DNA of 64,000 nt. It comes from Eledone cirrhosa (lineage: Eukaryota). A program made the translations under genes and the position numbers. The stretch's first letter is position 1. Each line of letters begins with the position of its first letter. The stretch covers positions 4,464,001 to 4,528,000 of the forward strand of contig OZ024753.1 of the NCBI GenBank assembly GCA_964016885.1, in the 5' to 3' direction. The notes under the pieces were generated by a model. The model saw nothing but the letters and a program-made list of their open reading frames with translations. It ran no database searches and had not been told where the DNA came from. Positions 60,455-64,000 of the stretch are shown piece by piece.

Positions 60455-63176
60455 ATAGTGGTTGCGTATTGTATTCAATTACAAAAGAAAGAGCATAAAA
60501 TGCGCTCACATTGCCGCCTTAGAGAATAGACCCATTAAGAACACGATATTAGCTCTTAAACAGATTTTACAGGCGAACGCGAAAGCTGACGTGATTTTGA
60601 ATACCATTAAGCGTCACCTTGCTTCACCTAAATACTCTTCCTGTCAGAAAACGAAGAAATTGTCAATAAAGAAAAGATAACCTGCACATAGGGACACACC
60701 ATTTAAGCGGTTAAGGAAATCCATTTCTAAAAATAGACGCTTTTGAATTACAAAACCTGAATATACTGCAAACTACAAATTAGATTAAAGGGTACTTGGA
60801 AATATCAAGAGAGAAAATACCTTAAGTTCTGAAATTGATTATAAACTAAGAGCCATTATATTCTATCGCACAAAGAAACTCGAGTAACTAAATGGACCTT
60901 GGTGCATTTATTTTGTATCGAATAAACATTATAACCGAATGTATTATAGCTTCAGAAAACCTTCACAGTAAATATAATAACCGAATATAGCTGTCTCTTT
61001 GACTCCTTAAGTAAATTTACAGCATTAGAAATCATACATGTGCTACACTACAAACACGTCAAATCATGTCTGGAAGATAAACATTTCAAAGTTGAGAAAT
61101 ATTTCTCAAAACTTACATTAGCTATAATTGATCGCCTTCCATAATTTAATATATTACAACTGTAGAACTTAGAATTACGCATGAACAGATGTAACAAATT
61201 AAACAATTAAGGAGAATTGTTTATACTTAGTAAAAGATTCATTATTAGCAGTTTTCAACTTAAAATAAGTATTGTAATTTGGTGGACACTACAAAAGAAA
61301 TCAAATAGAAATATCCTAAGAGTGTGATAACTAGTAGAACTGCATAGGTAGGGACAGGATTGTTATTTGTTTAAATATTAAGATTCACGGCTCAAATCCC
61401 ACCAGTTTGAATACAACCTACACCCGAACGACAATTGTATTTGAAGCTTATGAAAATGTAGAATAGTTGTAATCATTGAAAACTTATTTCACTCTCATAT
61501 GGCATTAATATTCCTGAAATGTATAATCAAACTGTCTAGAAAGAAAGAAAGAAATTCGCAAAAATTTACATTTATTCTAGTTAAGTTTACATTTTATATA
61601 TTAGCGCAATATAGAATTCAGTAAGATCTTTCACATAAATCCCAGAAGAGGAAATAATTTGTTTTTAGGTATAAATAATTATTATAACGTGAGTTATAGA
61701 CAATATCATCATATTGTGTATAACTCACGTAGAATAAGTTTAACATCGAAATAGATACAATCAAATCAGTAACGTATAAACTACTGGCATTGTTTGACAC
61801 AAAATCATTGTATAGTAGGCCTAAGACCTCAACACTGTGTATGAAATAAAGTCATATGTTCCTATTCCCTGAGTATTCTATTTGTTTCAGGCAAAACTTG
61901 AAACAAAGAAAACTGTCTCAGTAATTGTTAAGATGGCAATCGTAATATGTACAGGCATTGTCAATATAGAATATTGAAGACAGAGTGTTGCTGGCGGATG
62001 GGAACAGGGCTACAATTTTGGTTGACATTTCTATATGTGACAAGGATTTGTCAACTTGCTGAATATTATTGTCATCAAAATAGGGACAACTTCGGTTTCT
62101 ACCACACCGGGACCTTAAAGCATATACTACATCATATCTGCATTAACTAGGAGCCAAAGTTTGGTAGAAAACTGGGTATGGATTGGCTAAATATATGTGC
62201 AAAGTATGAAGTCTTAAGCAAAATGCTTCTCTGTTAATGAAAATGTATTATAAAATACAAATTCAGACTGATGCAAGTAAGCATATATGTATATATTTTC
62301 CTACTTTTTCTAGCTCTTTTCCCACATATATGTTGATAACATAACTTTATATTATTTCCATGATGGTTCTCAATTATAAGAGCAACAACACTACGAAGAG
62401 CAAAATAGAAAAACGAGGTTTGATTTGCCACGTAAACAATTTGAATATATAGATTGGAATTTATAATGATATGTTGCGTAAAACACAAAAACCCACTGCA
62501 GATAGAAATGCGTATTAAACAATTAAATTCCAAACAAAACAAGCATCAAAGGAAAACGTATACAACCTCAACAAACTTACCAGATTTAAACAAATCGAAC
62601 TACATATTGCTCTCTCTCTATATATGGTCATACACACAAATTCATGGCAGTATATGTGTATGAGTATTTTCTTTTCTCTGGATTACGCTGTCGATGCAAT
62701 TTATTAGTAAAATATATACAACTATCACACATCAGCCGTTAATAAATTTCTCAGGATTACCAATAACAATCATTTGCTAAACAAATGATTTTCTAAAGTT
62801 TTAAATACTCGAAATCAAGACTTAAAACGGCTGCAGTAAATTATATTTCCAAAGGGCAGTAAAATGTAATTCGTATCCATTTCAAAGACAATTATTTTCC
62901 ATATTAGAAATACGAAGCTGTTTACATGGCAGATGATTCATAACGCGGGTCACGTATTGCATAACATTTGAAATCTACTAGTCCTAAGGAATTACCTATC
63001 CTACCTTTTCTTTTTATCCGCAGCCGAGAGACACCATGGAAAGGAATTTCGAATATTTTAAATACAGATAATTTGCCAATATATTTTACAGTTTTATTTG
63101 AACAATAAGAGCATCATATTCAGAGAAATTGCTAACACGCATGGAAACATTGAACACCTTTTATTGACAACAAAAA

Positions 63177-63251
63177 CGGGGTCGATAATATAAAGTACCA
63201 GTAATGCACTGGGTAATTGCTGGCCTTGTGCCAAGTGTAGAAACAATTATT
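63177..63251 (+). mobile_element. SINE family A 3' fragment
   Basis: cggggtcgataatataaagtaccagtaatgcactgggtaattgctggccttgtgcc..tagaaacaattatt is the reverse complement of 44493-44567. Confidence 0.9.
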
Positions 63252-63601
63252 TAATACATTTATTTTTACGCACATAAACATTTTTAAAAACATAACCAAC
63301 ATATAACTAACAAATTGATTTAAATGCCGGTAAAAACAATCTAAAGTTTCAGGGTCCCACGTACTCGATATAATTATTTCTTCTGATATGCCCAGCTGTG
63401 TATATCTGTCTTTCCGGCTTTGTTACAAATACTGAAATAAGCAACTGAAACAGTATGCTTTATTAATATTTTCTCACAGACACACCCCTGTATAATATTT
63501 GGAATTCATGAAGACGTTTAAATACAGATCTTCAAAGTATTGGTTTCTCTGGTTAACATTTAATAATTATGCCGGGAATTATGATTAAATACTATATATG
63601 C

Positions 63602-63663
63602 AAAGGCGGTGCCCCAGCATGGCCTCAACCGGATGGCTGGAACAGGTAAATGAGTAAAAGAGT
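63602..63663 (+). mobile_element. Probable SINE 3' tail fragment
   Basis: ggcggtgccccagcatggcc...tggaacaggtaaatgagtaaaagagt resembles, from memory, the tail of an octopus tRNA-SINE. Confidence 0.5.
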
Positions 63664-63686
63664 ATGCGCACACACGCACGCCCCCC

Positions 63687-63717
<31 letters not shown>

Positions 63718-64000
63718 ATACATATTTTTTTGTTTTTGTTTTTTTTGTTAGTGTGTGTGTATGTGTGTGTTTGCGTTTTTGTTTACGTGTGTTTGTCTTT
63801 GTGTGTGTACATAGGCGTGAGTTGTTTTTTTATTACAATATCAATTTGTTTTGTTTTTTCTAAATGACATCAGCAACAGCAGAATATTGCAAATTTAAAA
63901 TAACGAGAAAAGTATACAAGATATAACATTTTTAACAACATAATCTATAACGATAAACATTGAGAAAACAATGGAAAACAAGAATTAATTCCGTTAAACA

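Noticed and set aside
61891-62150. Acceptor plus short Cys-containing ORF
   Set aside because: Frames after the acceptor close quickly; no recognisable domain.

Overview
Very AT-rich, microsatellite-saturated eukaryotic (animal) non-coding DNA with a 200-N scaffold gap (42827-43026). The tRNA-derived SINE sequences and the (TA)n/(CA)n load resemble cephalopod (Octopus-like) genomes; this is inference from recalled repeat consensus, not a search. No intact protein-coding gene is visible, and nearly all long ORFs in the track are microsatellite translations. Recognisable content: about 9 SINE copies or fragments, a decayed RTE-type LINE whose RT and C-terminal parts face opposite ways, a LINE ORF1-like zinc-knuckle remnant, a Tc1/mariner transposase fragment, a mariner-type MITE, and giant (TA)n arrays of about 1.4, 0.6 and 8 kb. 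The most interesting signal is a set of minimal type I hammerhead-ribozyme motifs (CUGANGA..stem II..GAAA-palindromic stem III-UH), intact or decayed, at six or more loci. Most sit inside inverted-repeat elements near (TA)n, the architecture known from Penelope-like element termini. One is a ~510-bp fold-back carrying a hammerhead in each arm, with an internally collapsed sister copy 15 kb away. Two isolated candidate exons are noted at low confidence.
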